From Mustelus asterias (Eukaryota): DNA of 64,000 nucleotides. The stretch is from contig NC_135823.1 in the NCBI RefSeq assembly GCF_964213995.1, forward strand, positions 558,001 through 622,000, read 5' to 3'. This document shows positions 50,701 through 62,382 of the stretch, in pieces (within the stretch, counting starts at the first letter, position 1; every line of letters begins with the position of its first letter). The notes beneath the pieces are model-generated. The model saw nothing but the letters and a program-made list of their open reading frames with translations. It ran no database searches and was not told the DNA's origin. Made by a program: the position numbers and the translations under genes.

Positions 50701-51985
50701 TGAAGAGCCGTAAAAAAATTCCCTCCTAGGATATTGGTGCCCCTCTGGTTCAGGTGCACCCCGTCCTGTTTGCACAGGTCCCACCTTCCCCAGAATGTGT
50801 TCCAATTATCCACGTATCTGAAACCCTCCCTCCTACACCATCCCTGCAACCACATGTTTAACTGCACTCTCTCCCTGTTCCTCAACTCGCTATCACGTGG
50901 CACCGGCAACGTACCAGAGATGACCACATGTTTTGTCTTGGCTCTCAGCTTCCAGCCCAGCTCCAGAAATTCCTGCTTTAAATCCCCGTCCCTTCTCTTA
51001 CCTATGTCATTGGTACCAATGTGTACCACGACTTGTGATTGTTTCCCCTCCCTCTTCAGAATCCGGAAAACACGGTCTGAGACGTCACGGACCTTGGCAT
51101 CCGGTAGGCAACATACCATCCGTGAATCTCTTTCGCTGCCACAGAACCTCCTATCTATCCCTCTAACTAACGAGTCCCCAATAACTATTGCCCTCCCGCT
51201 CTGCCCCTTACCCTCCCGAGCCACAGAGACGGACACAGTGCTGGAGATCCTCTCACTGCGGCTCAACACTGGTATGTCATCCCCCTCAACCGTATCCAAA
51301 GCGGAATACTTGTTGCTAAGGGGAACGACCAACGGGGATCCCTGCACGGACTGCTTCCTCCCAGCCCCTCTCACCGTCACCCATCTGTTTTCATTCCTCG
51401 GAGTAACTGTATTCCTAAAGCTTCTGTCTATGGCCACCTCTGCGTCCCTAATGATCCTAAGTTCATCCAACTCCAGCTCCATTTCCCTAACACGGTTTTG
51501 GAGGAGTTGCAGATGGGTGCACTTCCCACAGATGTAATCAGCAGGGACACTGTCGTCGTCCCTCACCTCAAACATAGTGCAAGAGGAACATAGCACTGCC
51601 TGCACACCCATCCCCTCGAGATACCTTGCCAGTACCAGGTAGAAACAGCAAAACTGAATTAAACTCACCCCTGCTCGCCCTGTCCCCCGAAGCCCTGTGA
51701 TCCAAAGCCTTATAGCTCACACTCTGCTTCCCACTCACTCCACTGCCCGCTCCCGACGCTGCCCGCTGTATACTGCAGCCTACCTTTTATACTTCGCGCA
51801 CTTGAAAAACCCTTCCCAGACTCCTTAGCAGCCCACTTCCAGTTTTCACTTTAAACTTAAAATACTACTACAAAAGTAAAGGCCAAAAATAAAACCACAC
51901 ACGAGCTGACTAATTAAATAAATAAACAATTCAATCAATCTCTCACCAGCACTGCTGCCTCTAATTACTCCCTCTCAGCTTGCCG
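47721..51985 (-). mobile_element. Near full-length CR1 LINE: 5' UTR, open ORF1, disrupted ORF2 (APE-RT), tail
   Basis: ORF1 at 50661-51668; ORF2 fragments between 50805 and 47792 broken by frameshifts and stops. Confidence 0.95.
50661..51611 (-). CDS. CR1 ORF1p (zinc finger, coiled coil, SGNH/GDSL esterase-like domain)
   Basis: CSSC...CGKC, LQLLQNRVREMELEL, VIGDSLVRG, HIGTNDI, DGVHLN; likely start MGVQAV. Confidence 0.9.
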   Translation of the reverse strand: MGVQAVLCSSCTMFEVRDDDSVPADYICGKCTHLQLLQNRVREMELELDELRIIRDAEVAIDRSFRNTVTPRNENRWVTVRGAGRKQSVQGSPLVVPLSNKYSALDTVEGDDIPVLSRSERISSTVSVSVAREGKGQSGRAIVIGDSLVRGIDRRFCGSERDSRMVCCLPDAKVRDVSDRVFRILKREGKQSQVVVHIGTNDIGKRRDGDLKQEFLELGWKLRAKTKHVVISGTLPVPRDSELRNRERVQLNMWLQGWCRREGFRYVDNWNTFWGRWDLCKQDGVHLNQRGTNILGGNFFTALQGGLKLTCRGVGK

Positions 51986-52121
51986 GTAGATTCTTCATTA
52001 CAGGTATTTTTTTAAATTAAATTCAAATTCCACCATCTGTGGCGGTGGGATTCGAACTTGGGTCCCCAGAACATTAGCTGAATTTCTGGATTAATAGCCA
52101 AGTGAAAATACCACTCAGCCA

Positions 52122-52300
52122 TCACTTCCCCATGTGGAGTTTAGTGCGAAGGGTAAATACCAGCCTGGAGGAGATTATCCGTGTTCCAATAATTAAGAGG
52201 ATAATTATACCACGCAGAGATAGACAGGGAAACAGGCACTGGATGAAACAATAACAAAAACCTTCACTCCTCTTTCTAGTTATCTTCAATCTGACACCCT
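52122..52300 (-). pseudogene. Gene C, connecting peptide plus TM exon with Arg residues and short tail
   Basis: tctgtttccaactag| phase 1, open for 58 codons: GVRLKITRKRSEGFCYCFIQCLFPCLSLRGIIILLIIGTRIISSRLVFTLRTKLHMGK*. The stop lies inside an abutting SINE head. Confidence 0.55.
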
Positions 52301-52889
52301 CTAGTTGGAAACAGAATTAATGAAGATGTTCGGAATGAATTCAATGCAACACTCGGTATTAGCGTGCGATCCCCTGTGCTCAGGTGAATGGCACAACCAG
52401 TAGTGCTGTTGATTTTAGCAACTTATCCACACTGCCCAACAAAGGCGGCAGGGGGGCCCACTGTTTAGCACAGCTGACACATAGCGCCAGGGACCCAGGT
52501 TCAATTCCCGGCTTGGATGTGTGGAGTCTGCACGTTCTCCCATGTCTGCATGGGTTTCCTCAGGATTCTCCAGTTTCCTTCCACAGTCCAAAAGATGTGC
52601 AGTTTAGATGAATTGGCCGTGCTAAGTTCACCCTCAGTGTACCTGAAAAGATGCCAGAATGTGGCGACATGGGGATTTGCACAGTAACTTCTTTGCAGTG
52701 TGAATGAAAGCATACTTGTGACCAATACAGAAATAAATAAATTTTGCCTTTCCGCCACAGTTTGAATGAGTCTGAAGCACGCAGTTAAGCATAAGCCGTG
52801 AGGCGTTTCTCTTTCCGTACTGAGATGCGAGTTGGCTCCTGAACTGGAAATAGGAAGGGCTGAGACAAAATAAACACAACACTGAATTT

Positions 52890-53150
52890 TCCAGTTCTTA
52901 ACCACTGCACGTAGCCTCTGCGAAACGTGCATTTCCACCATGTTTTCCAGTCCCCGGGTGCCGTGTACTCAGTTACCCGAGAGAAAAGCTGGTATGTGTA
53001 GAAGAGCAAAAAGACACGGGATCCCAGCCCATCCGTTCCTTTCGGCCCTAGGCACCTCCTTGAAGGTTTGGGTCATCCTCACTTAGAGTGGTACGTTCGC
53101 ATGGTTAGCACCATTGAAATAGCAGACAGTTGCTCCAGTTTATACTTTGT
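52890..53150 (-). pseudogene. Gene C, decayed C1-domain exon
   Basis: TGATVCYFNGANHANVPL* then, in a shifted frame, YTYQLFSRVTEYTAPGDWKTWWKCTF (C1 B, E and F strand pattern). The 5' side abuts a Rex-type insertion. Confidence 0.5.
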
Positions 53151-53169
53151 ACAACTGAACTTTTTGAGT

Positions 53170-54030
53170 TGATTTCAGTTATTATTGTCACATGTCTTGG
53201 ATACAGTGGAAAGTATTGCTCCTTGCGCGCTATACAGAAAGGCATATTGTTCATAGAGTACATCAGGGAGAAGGAAAGGAGAGGGTGCAGAATGTGGTGT
53301 TACAGTCATAGCTAGGTGTGCAGAAAGATCAACTTAATGCGAGGTAGTTCCATTCAAAAGTCAGATGGCAGCCCGGAACAAACTGTTTTTCATTCGATTG
53401 GTACATGACCTCAGACATTTGTATATTTCTCCTGACGGAAAAAAACTTGGAAGAGGGAATATCCGGGGTGCTTGGGGTCCTTAATTAGACTGGTTGCTTT
53501 TCCCGAGGCAGCGGGAAGGGTAGACAGAGTCGATGGATGTGAGGCTGGCTTGCGAGATGGGAACGGGCGACATTCACAACGCTTTCTAGTTTATTGCGGT
53601 CTTGGGCAGGGGAGGAGCCATCCCAAGCTATGATACATCTGGAAAGGATGCTTTCTACAGTGCGTCTGTAAAGTTGGTGAGTTCCGTAGCCGACATGCCA
53701 AATTTCCTTAGTCTCTTGGGAAAGCTGATGGGCTTTGTTAACAATAGCGTCGGCATGGGGGAACTAGGACAGATTGTTGGTGATCTGAACACCGGGAAAG
53801 TTGAAGCTCTCGACCATTTCCACATCATCCCCATTTGTATAGGCAGGGGCTTGCCCTCCACTATGCTTCCTGAAGTCGATGACTACCTCTTTCGTTTTGT
53901 CCTCCATTATGCTTCCTGAAGTCGATGACTACCTCTTTCGTTTTGTTGACATTGAGGGAGAGATTATTATCGCCTCACCTGTTCACCAGATTCTCTACCT
54001 TTCTTCTGTTACGAACCTCATCTTGAAGGA
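53170..54030 (-). mobile_element. Rex1/Babar 3' fragment with a ~46-bp internal tandem duplication (about 53855-53946)
   Basis: RLRKFGMSATELTNF; homologous to 2705-3540. Confidence 0.85.
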
Positions 54031-54399
54031 ATGAAGTATTTGCAGTTGATCATAATCAATCACGTGTCAATATTCTCCATTCAATTGTCTAATCACCGTG
54101 TCAAATCACCTCGGATTTAAAATATGCCATGCTTGCTGTGAGCAGGACAGCCGGAGAGTGGATGCACTTGTGCGCATATTTCTACCTCAAACACCATCAC
54201 TAAGAACGTTATCTGGATATGAACATACGAAGTCAGAAAAGGAGTAGGGCATCACGCTTCGAGCCTGCTCACCCAGTGAATCATGTCTGTCTGATCTTAT
54301 TGTAAATTCAACGCCAGATTCCCGCCAATTGTCAAGAATCTATCAACCTATCCTTGAAAATATTTTTAAAAACATTCGAAGAATTTGTTTTGGCCGGTT

Positions 54400-54776
54400 T
54401 CCTCTCTCNNNNNNNNNNNNNNNNNNNNNNNNNNNNNNNNNNNNNNNNNNNNNNNNNNNNNNNNNNNNNNNNNNNNNNNNNNNNNNNNNNNNNNNNNNNN
54501 NNNNNNNNNNNNNNNNNNNNNNNNNNNNNNNNNNNNNCTCCTACTCTCTCTCTCTGTCCCTCTCACTGGCTTTCTCTGTCTCTCTCATTGTCTCTCACTC
54601 TCTCTCTCGCTCTGTCCCTCTCTTTCTCTCTCTCTCTCTCTCGCTGTCTCACTTTATCTCCCTTTCTCTCTCTCTCTGTTTATCTCTCTGCCTCCCTATC
54701 TCTTTTTCTGTTTCACTCTCTCCTGCTCTCTCTCTCTCTGTCTCTTCCTCTCTTTCCCTGTCTCTCTCACTGGCTT

Positions 54777-54808
<32 letters not shown>

Positions 54809-54970
54809 CCCCCCCCCCCCCGTCTCTCTCTCTATCTGTCTCTCTCAACTCTGTCTCTCTCTGCCTCGTGTCGCTATCTCTGACTCCCTCTCTCTGTATC
54901 TCTCTCCCTTTCTCACTCCCCCCCTCTCTCTCTCTCTCTTACATTATCTGTCTCACTGTCTCTTTCTCTA
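54400..54970. repeat. CT-rich simple repeat with N gap 54409-54537
   Basis: (CT/CTGT)n. Confidence 0.95.
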
Positions 54971-55039
54971 AATAAACGTTTACTTGTTATGCTCTGAAAA
55001 CAATGGATTAGAGAAATATAAATATCTACATGGAAAAAG

Positions 55040-55460
55040 ACTATAAAACCATGAGGTTTATGAACAGAATTGGGACATTCAGCCCCTCGGGCCTGCTCCA
55101 CCATTCAATCATGGTTGATAGGTTTCTCAACCTCATTCCCCCGCCATTTCCTCTTAACCTCTGATCCCCTTACCAATCAAAAAACTATCTACCACTGTCT
55201 TCAATGGCCTGGCTGCCTCATCCTCCTGTGGCAATGAATTCCACAGATTCACCACCCTCTGGCTGAAGAAATTCCTCCTGATCTCATTGTAAAGGGTCGT
55301 CCCTTTACCCTGAGGCTGTACGCTCAGATCATAGTCTCTCCTATTAATGGAAACATCTGCCCCATATCTACTCTATCCAGGCCTTTCAGAATTCGGTAAG
55401 TTTCAATGTGATCCCCCTCATCCTTCTCAACGCCATCGCGTACAGACCCAGAGTTCTCAA
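55040..55460 (-). mobile_element. CR1 3' fragment
   Basis: RRNFFSQRVVNLWNS-type sequence. Confidence 0.8.
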
Positions 55461-55506
55461 ACCAACTCCCTTAAAGATCGCATTCTACCACCCTGGAAGT
55501 TGCATG

Positions 55507-56223
55507 TGTGATGTGAGTGTACCTTTAATATTTTTTCTTTAAATTCATGATGACAACCTGACTTGATTTCATTGTTGGGAGGAGTTTTTTCTCCTCCCAT
55601 TTCTAATCTGGGCACGTCAGGTGATAGGGATTTAATTTTCAGTTTGAGTTTGGAGCTGCTGTTTGGAGTTGAGTTTTAGAAGGGACAGCAAGCTAACAAG
55701 AAGTGTTTTCCCTCTTACCCTATTGTTTTGAAAATTATGTTGCTCTCCAGAAAGGTGAAAATCTGTTGTTCTTGGGGGCTGGACCAGAGTTTTAGGAAGC
55801 TGCCTTGTCTTCAAACTGTTTGGAGTGAATCCAGAGAACTGCAGACTTCAACCAAGGGATTCAAATTACCATTAGTCACGTGAGCTGTAGTCTGTGCTGT
55901 TAAACCTGTGAAAAGGGTGTTTTGTCTATGGGTGGTTTTGGTTTTGATTGGGAAATCTTACCTATATTCATTAAGGGTTATACATTATAGTGGTTGTTTT
56001 GTTTCTTGCTTGTAATTGATAAAAGTTCTTGCTACTTTTCTTACTATATATGTTAACTACATTCTTAATGAAACGTTTTTTGATAAACGCTCTCTAATGG
56101 GTCTTTTGAATCACGCCTGAAGGTAAACATCTCATGGTTACCCTAGCCAAATTCAAAATGCAAAACTTATGATTCAGGTGGGTTTCATAAAACACGTTGG
56201 CGTTTCTAACCTAAACCATAACA
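55507..56223 (+). mobile_element. Solo LTR (Gypsy-like)
   Basis: TGTGATG...CATAACA inverted termini, 717 bp, perfect 4-bp TSD CATG. Confidence 0.85.
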
Positions 56224-56502
56224 CATGACATAATCGTAATGCGGCTGGCATTGCGACAGATGTTAGCAGTATGTCGACAAAGGACACACATGTGGGCAGG
56301 GAATCCCTTAATCAGGGACTGGGTTGGAACAATAGCTCTGAGGTCACTTCTTCCTCCAAAACACGCAATTCTCACACTGTGGATCACACCTTCGCTTCAA
56401 GTTAAAAAGTTAAAAATCAAAACACACCGTGTAAAAAGTACTTTTTCCTATTTTTTATTGATAACACATCTCAAAGATCATGAAAAAGATGACAACATGG
56501 CC

Positions 56503-56518
56503 ACCACAGGAAGTGACG
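56503..56518 (+). promoter_or_regulatory. Candidate RUNX-ETS-CRE-half composite site
   Basis: ACCACAGGAAGTGACG in non-repeat DNA. Confidence 0.3.
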
Positions 56519-56809
56519 AAACATTCAGTGTGTTCTATGTAGATCATGTAGTATTCTGAGTTGCTTCAACGCAACGGAAAGGAAACTCGAGAAATTTCAA
56601 ATTGGTTAGAGCAGTAAGGGTAATGATATTCAGGTTTTCTGCGTGGGTTATGTTGCAATAAGAGAAATAATAAAGGCTTTTCAAAATACTCATCACATGA
56701 AGTGCTATCCAAGTAGGCTGCAGAGGACAGGTGCACTCTGAGTTGCTTCAATACAATTGTGATACGTGGAAAATTAATTGCATGTATTCAACGTTCATTC
56801 CATACATCC

Positions 56810-59580
56810 AAATATGTTACAGCTTGGTATGGCTCCTGCTCTCACCAAGACCACAATAAACCAGAAAGAGTTGTGAATGTAGCCCAATCCATGATGCAAA
56901 CCAACTTCCCCAGGCCATTGACTCCGTCGACACTTCCCGCTGCCTCAGGAAATGCAGCCAGCATAATCAAGGACTGAACGCACCCCAGAAATACTCTTTT
57001 CCACCTTCTTCCATTGGGAAAAAAGCATATAAGGGGCTGAGATCATGTACCAACCGAATCAAGAACAGCTTCTTCCCTGCTGCCATCAGACTTTTGAATG
57101 GACCTACTGAATATTAAGTTGATCTTTCTCTACACCGCAGCTATGACTGCAACGCTATATTTTGCTCTCTCTCCTTTCCTTCTCCCCTATGTGCTCTACG
57201 AACAGTATGTTTCGTCTGTATAGTGCGCAAGAAACAAGACTTTAAATTGTATGCCAATACATGTGACAGTAATAAATCAAATCGAATCCATTACTCTATG
57301 AACGGTAAGCTTTGTCTGTAGAGCGCGCAAGAAACAATACTTTTCACTGTATTCCAATACGTTTGACAATAGTAAATCAAATCAATTCAATGCTGGCTGT
57401 CTGAGATTAATTAGATGACGCCAATATCACGTGACTGTTCCATTTTCGTACTGTTACCAATAAAGCAAGTTACATTAATGTCAGATAAAGGCAAAATGTT
57501 AATACCAGAACTGAATCATAGAATTACAAAGACCAAACGGAGTACATTCGGCCCATTCCCGACAGTCTTGGCTCTTTCAAAGTGACATAGAATTTGTCCC
57601 TCGCTCACTGTTTTTTTGCCCCAATATTACAACAATACCTCCCCATCAAGTATTTATCTAATTCCCCTTGTGAACATGAGAACATAAGAACTAGAAGCAG
57701 GGGTCGGCCATCTGCCCCCTGGAGCCTGCTCCGCCATTCAATGAGCTCATGGCCGATCTTTTCATGGACTCAGCTCCACTTACCCGCCCACTCACCATAA
57801 CCCTTAATTCCTTTACTGTTCAAAAATTTATATATCCTTGCCTTAAAAACATTCAATGAGGTAGCCTCAACTGCTTCACTGGGCAGGGAATTGCTCCGAT
57901 TCACAGCCCTTTGTGTGAAGACGTTCCTCCTCAACTCAGTCCTAAATCTGCTTCCTCTTATTTTGAGGCCATGCCCCCTAGTTCTAGTTCCACCCGCCAG
58001 TGGAAACAACTTCCCTGCTTCTATCTTATCTGTTCCCTTCATAGTCTGATATATTTCTATAAGATCTCCCCTCATTCTTCTGAATTCCAATGAACACAGC
58101 CCCTGTCTACTCAGTCTCTCCTCGTACGCCAACCCTCTCAACTCCGGAATCTACCTAGTGAATCTCCTCTGCACCCTCTCCAGTGCCAGTATATCCTTTC
58201 AAGTAAGGCGACCAAAACTGTACACAGTACTCCAGGTGTGTGGCCTCACCAGCACCTTATACAGCTGCAACATAACTTCACTGCTTTTAAACTCCATCCT
58301 TCTAGCAATGAAGGACACAATTCCATTTGCCTTCTTAATTACCTGCTGCACCTGCAAACCAACTCCTTGAGATTCCTGCACAAAGACACCCAGGCCCCTC
58401 TGCATAGCAGCATGCTGCAATTTTTTACCATTTAAATCATAGTCCATTTTGCTGTTATTCCTGCCAAAATGGATGACTTCACATTTACCAACATTGTACT
58501 CCATCTGCCAGATCCTCACCCACTCATTTAGACTATCTATATCATTTTGCACACTTTCAGCGTCCTCTGCACACTTTTCTCTGCCACCCGTCTTAGTGTC
58601 ATCTGCGAACGTTGACACATTGCACTTGGTCCCCAACTCCAAATCATCTATGAAAATCGTAAACAATTGTGGTCCCAACACTGATCCCTGAGGCACACCA
58701 CTAGTCACTGATCGCCAACCAGAAAAACACCCATTTACCCCCACTCTTTGCTCTCTGTTAGTTAACCAATCCTCTATCCATGCTAATACATTACCCGTAA
58801 CACTGTGCACCTTTATCTTATGTAGCAGTCTTTGATGCGACACCTTGTCAAATGTCTTCTGGTAATCCAGATCCACCACATCCACAGGTTCCCCATTGTC
58901 CAAGGTATCAATTTAATCTGCATCCCCATTTCAAATACCATTCGAAGTCACAACCCACTGTGTCGTCAAAAAAAAACTTTCCCCTCCACAGTTCGTCATT
59001 TTTTAACCAATTATCTTGAATCTCTGTCCTTCTGGTCTCCGACCCTTGTGCCGTTGGAAAGGTATTCTCCGCACTTTCTCCGTGGACACTGTAGTGGGGA
59101 ATTCTGTTTTGGTAGCTGGATTACTTTAAACTTCCTAAAAAGTAAGAGAGGTTGGATAAACTCGGTTTGGTCACATTGGATGAGGAAGGTTGAGGAGGCG
59201 ACCTGAAAGAGGTTTACAAGATTATGAGTGGCATGGACAGAGTGGATAATTCGATGCTCTTTCCGCGGGTAGAACAGTCAAGTACTCGGGGACTTAGGTT
59301 TAAGGTGCGTGGGGAAAAGTTTAGAGCAGATGTGCGATGGAAGTATTTTATACAGAGCGCGGTGAATGTCTGGAATGTGCTGCCTGGGGAGGTGGTGGGA
59401 GCAGGTACAATAGCGGCATTTAAGGGGCAACTAGGCAAATACATGATTAGGATGGGAATGGAAGGATACAGACTCCTTAAGTGCATATGGTTTTTGTCTA
59501 GGCGGGCATCTTGTTCGGCGCAGGCCTGGAGGGACGAAGGGCCTGCTCCTGTGCTGTACATATCTTTGTTCTTTTTTCTT
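56810..59580. mobile_element. Rex 3' fragment about 56810-57390(+, doubled tail); CR1 about 57675-58903(-); CR1 about 59150-59580(+)
   Basis: RT and C-terminal motifs in the ORF track. Confidence 0.85.
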
Positions 59581-60719
59581 TGAACTCTTAATTGGTAAAT
59601 ATCGCAAAAGTGAATGAAACTGAGTTTTAAAAGCGGACAAAACTTATTTTCTAAACTAGTTTTGTTATAAACACACAAAAAGTTCAAAGAAGTGAAACCA
59701 TACAATAGACAAATATGATATTTCGGCCGAAGAGGGATCCGGTAATGCGGCCGCACCTTGAGTTGCCTCCGCTAATGTCCACTTTCGTGCCAGAAATTTG
59801 AGGAATTATACAGTTTAGTTATCTAGGATACTTCCCAACAATTAACTTAATATGATCTCGTCTCGTGTTTAACGTGCCAGTCTATTGATGACAACTCCAT
59901 AATTCGGATTATAACTTGCCATTTAACATACTGATCTTTCATTTGTTGTTTCAACTAATGGAAGTTCACTCCTTGAAGAAAATGGCTTCCTGGTTGCTTC
60001 GCAATACATAACAATAATTTCAAATTTCTCAGCGTTTTGTGGGGAAGTCAAAACTAGTTAATCTGCTGGATGAGGACCCGATCATCTGGTAGAATTTCCA
60101 GGTCTGTCTCCCAGTACCCGATACAAAATTAGATTATTTGTCCGTTTAAACAGTGCATGACTTCATAGTTATCTCAAAATTCAAGTTATATTTGTAGCAG
60201 AGTTTCATGTTTTAGATAACTTACTGACACAATCAGTCCTTGCGTTGTACAATTTAATACTGGCAGGCTTATTAGCTTAACATTCATTTTGAAAACATCA
60301 TTAATACATTATTTAAATGCCCATTTCATCCTAAAATCTTATATTAAAATATAAGCAGCTAGATATCCTTATGCTGGGTATTGTACGATTAAATATTCCC
60401 TTCCTCAGACATCTCTTCCATGATGTTTCACATCCCTACCGTATCTCCACTCAACTTCTCTGCTCTCAGTAGAACAATATCATTTCAATACCGACTCCCC
60501 CAGACTGTTCACTTTGACTGACATCACTCTCCTCTGATCTGCTCGAGAATTTCCCCAAACCCTTGACATCGTTCCAGAATTTTGGTGCTGGGAACTGAAG
60601 GGAATCCGGAAAACATATCCAAGTACTGTTTCATCAGTGCTTACCCCAAATTTGAAGGTTTTAGACTCGATGTCTCAATCAATAAACTCAGCGATTCACG
60701 TGGCTTTTGGCAGAGATTA

Positions 60720-61525
60720 AGTGTAAGTGTTTGGGTGTGTGTAAGTGTATGAGTCTGTGTTTGTACCTGTGAGTGTGTTAGTGTATGGGAATGTGTGTGA
60801 GGAGAGAGTGTGAGTAACTGTGTGCGTACATGCGTGTGTGACAGTGTATGAGCTTGTGTGTCTAAGTTTATGAGCGTGTGTGTAAGTGTATGAATATGTG
60901 TGCGTGTGAGTGTGTGCGAGTGTTTGTGTGTGTTTGTCTGAGTGTGTATAAGAGTGTGCATACGTGTGTGTAAATGTATGAGTGTGAGTGTGTTTGTGTG
61001 TGTGTCAGTGTGTATGTGTGTGTTTGTACGTTTATGTGTATCAGTGTGTATGTGTATGTGTGTGTTAGAGCATATGTGTGTCAGTGTATTTGTGTGTATG
61101 AATGCGAATAAAGAACAAAGAGCAGTACAGCACAGGAACAGGCCCTTCGGCCCATCAGGTCTGTGCCGACACAAATTCCACTCCAATCAAATATTTTCTT
61201 GTCAGTGTGTTCCTCTGTATGTGTGTGTGTGTCTGTGGGTGTGTGTATGTTTGTGTGTGAGCGTATGTGTATGTGTATACTCACACACTCACACACGTAG
61301 GTGTATGTGTATACTCACACACTCACACACAGATACTCACACACACGGACACATACACTCATACATTTACACACACACACTGTGTGTGTGTGTGTAAATG
61401 TATGAGTGTATGTGTCCGTGTGTGTGAGTATCTGTGTGTGAGTGTGTGAGTGAGAGAGCATGTGTAAGTGTATGAGTGCGTGTGTGTGTGTGTGTATGTG
61501 TGTGTGTGTGTGTGTGTGTGCGCGC
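60720..61525. repeat. Degenerate (TG)n/(CA)n tract with a short CR1 tail insert (about 61110-61190) and an internal palindrome
   Basis: Direct reading of the sequence. Confidence 0.95.
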
Positions 61526-62259
61526 ACCATTAGGAGATGCTGCTATTCAACACAATAAGAAGCGAGCTTGACCCTTTTAGCTCTCAAGATGTTTTATTTC
61601 AGTAATGTCCCGTGTAGAACAAATTATTCTCCCACCGCTAGGGGAGCCAGAAAACCGGTTTCCATTTGTTTAAAGCAATGAACTGAGTGAGAAATTGGGA
61701 ACCGTTCCCCTTCAACATGGGACGTCAGGGTGTGACAGGTATATAGAACTGTCTACTTGGAATGGTTGTTCTCGTCTGACAGCCAAATAGTCCAGTTTGC
61801 TGGTTGGATATTTTGATTTGAACAATTATCTTATTTAATTCTACTTTAATTATTTTCTTATTAACACATATCCCCAGTGAAACCAGATTCGTGTTTGATA
61901 CAGTATAAATAAACTGATACGAATCTAATTTTCATATCTATATATTTCCCCAAACTAAAATATTTTACAGGTTTAGGGCGGGGTTGCAGCACCGATGGGT
62001 GGATGTTGCTGTTTTGAAAACGCCGCCAAAAAGAGAGACGCGAACCACAGATGGATTCTAGCGGAGATTGAAATCTTACATTCAATGTAAAGCATTCGAT
62101 ACGCTCAACAAACATCTAAATAATCTTAAGCAAAGTTGCTTCCGTTAATATCACGTCCAATGAAATTCTGACAGTACTCAGGAGAGAGTATGGATCTGTA
62201 AATGTGCATATGTCAGTTTCTGACGTCATCCATTAGCGGTAAGAGTGGTAAAGGTTTGT

Positions 62260-62293
62260 CTGTGTGTGTGAGAGAGAGAATTCTGGCTGTCTT

Positions 62294-62382
<89 letters not shown>

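Noticed and set aside
53998-54045. Minus-strand QDEVRNRRK as the missing N-terminus of the gene C C1 domain
   Set aside because: It aligns with the Rex ORF region seen at about 2725-2755 (DETEY..EMENL), so it belongs to the retroelement.
54329-54975. Long low-complexity ORFs (SLSL, HTHT, VCVC, YIYI; also near 6294-6972, 31032-31538, 60641-62474)
   Set aside because: Translations of microsatellites and N gaps.
60409-62070. Acceptor-led plus-strand segments at about 60409 and 61971 that might be V and TM relics of a fourth gene
   Set aside because: No diagnostic Cys/Trp motifs and early stops; not supportable by eye.
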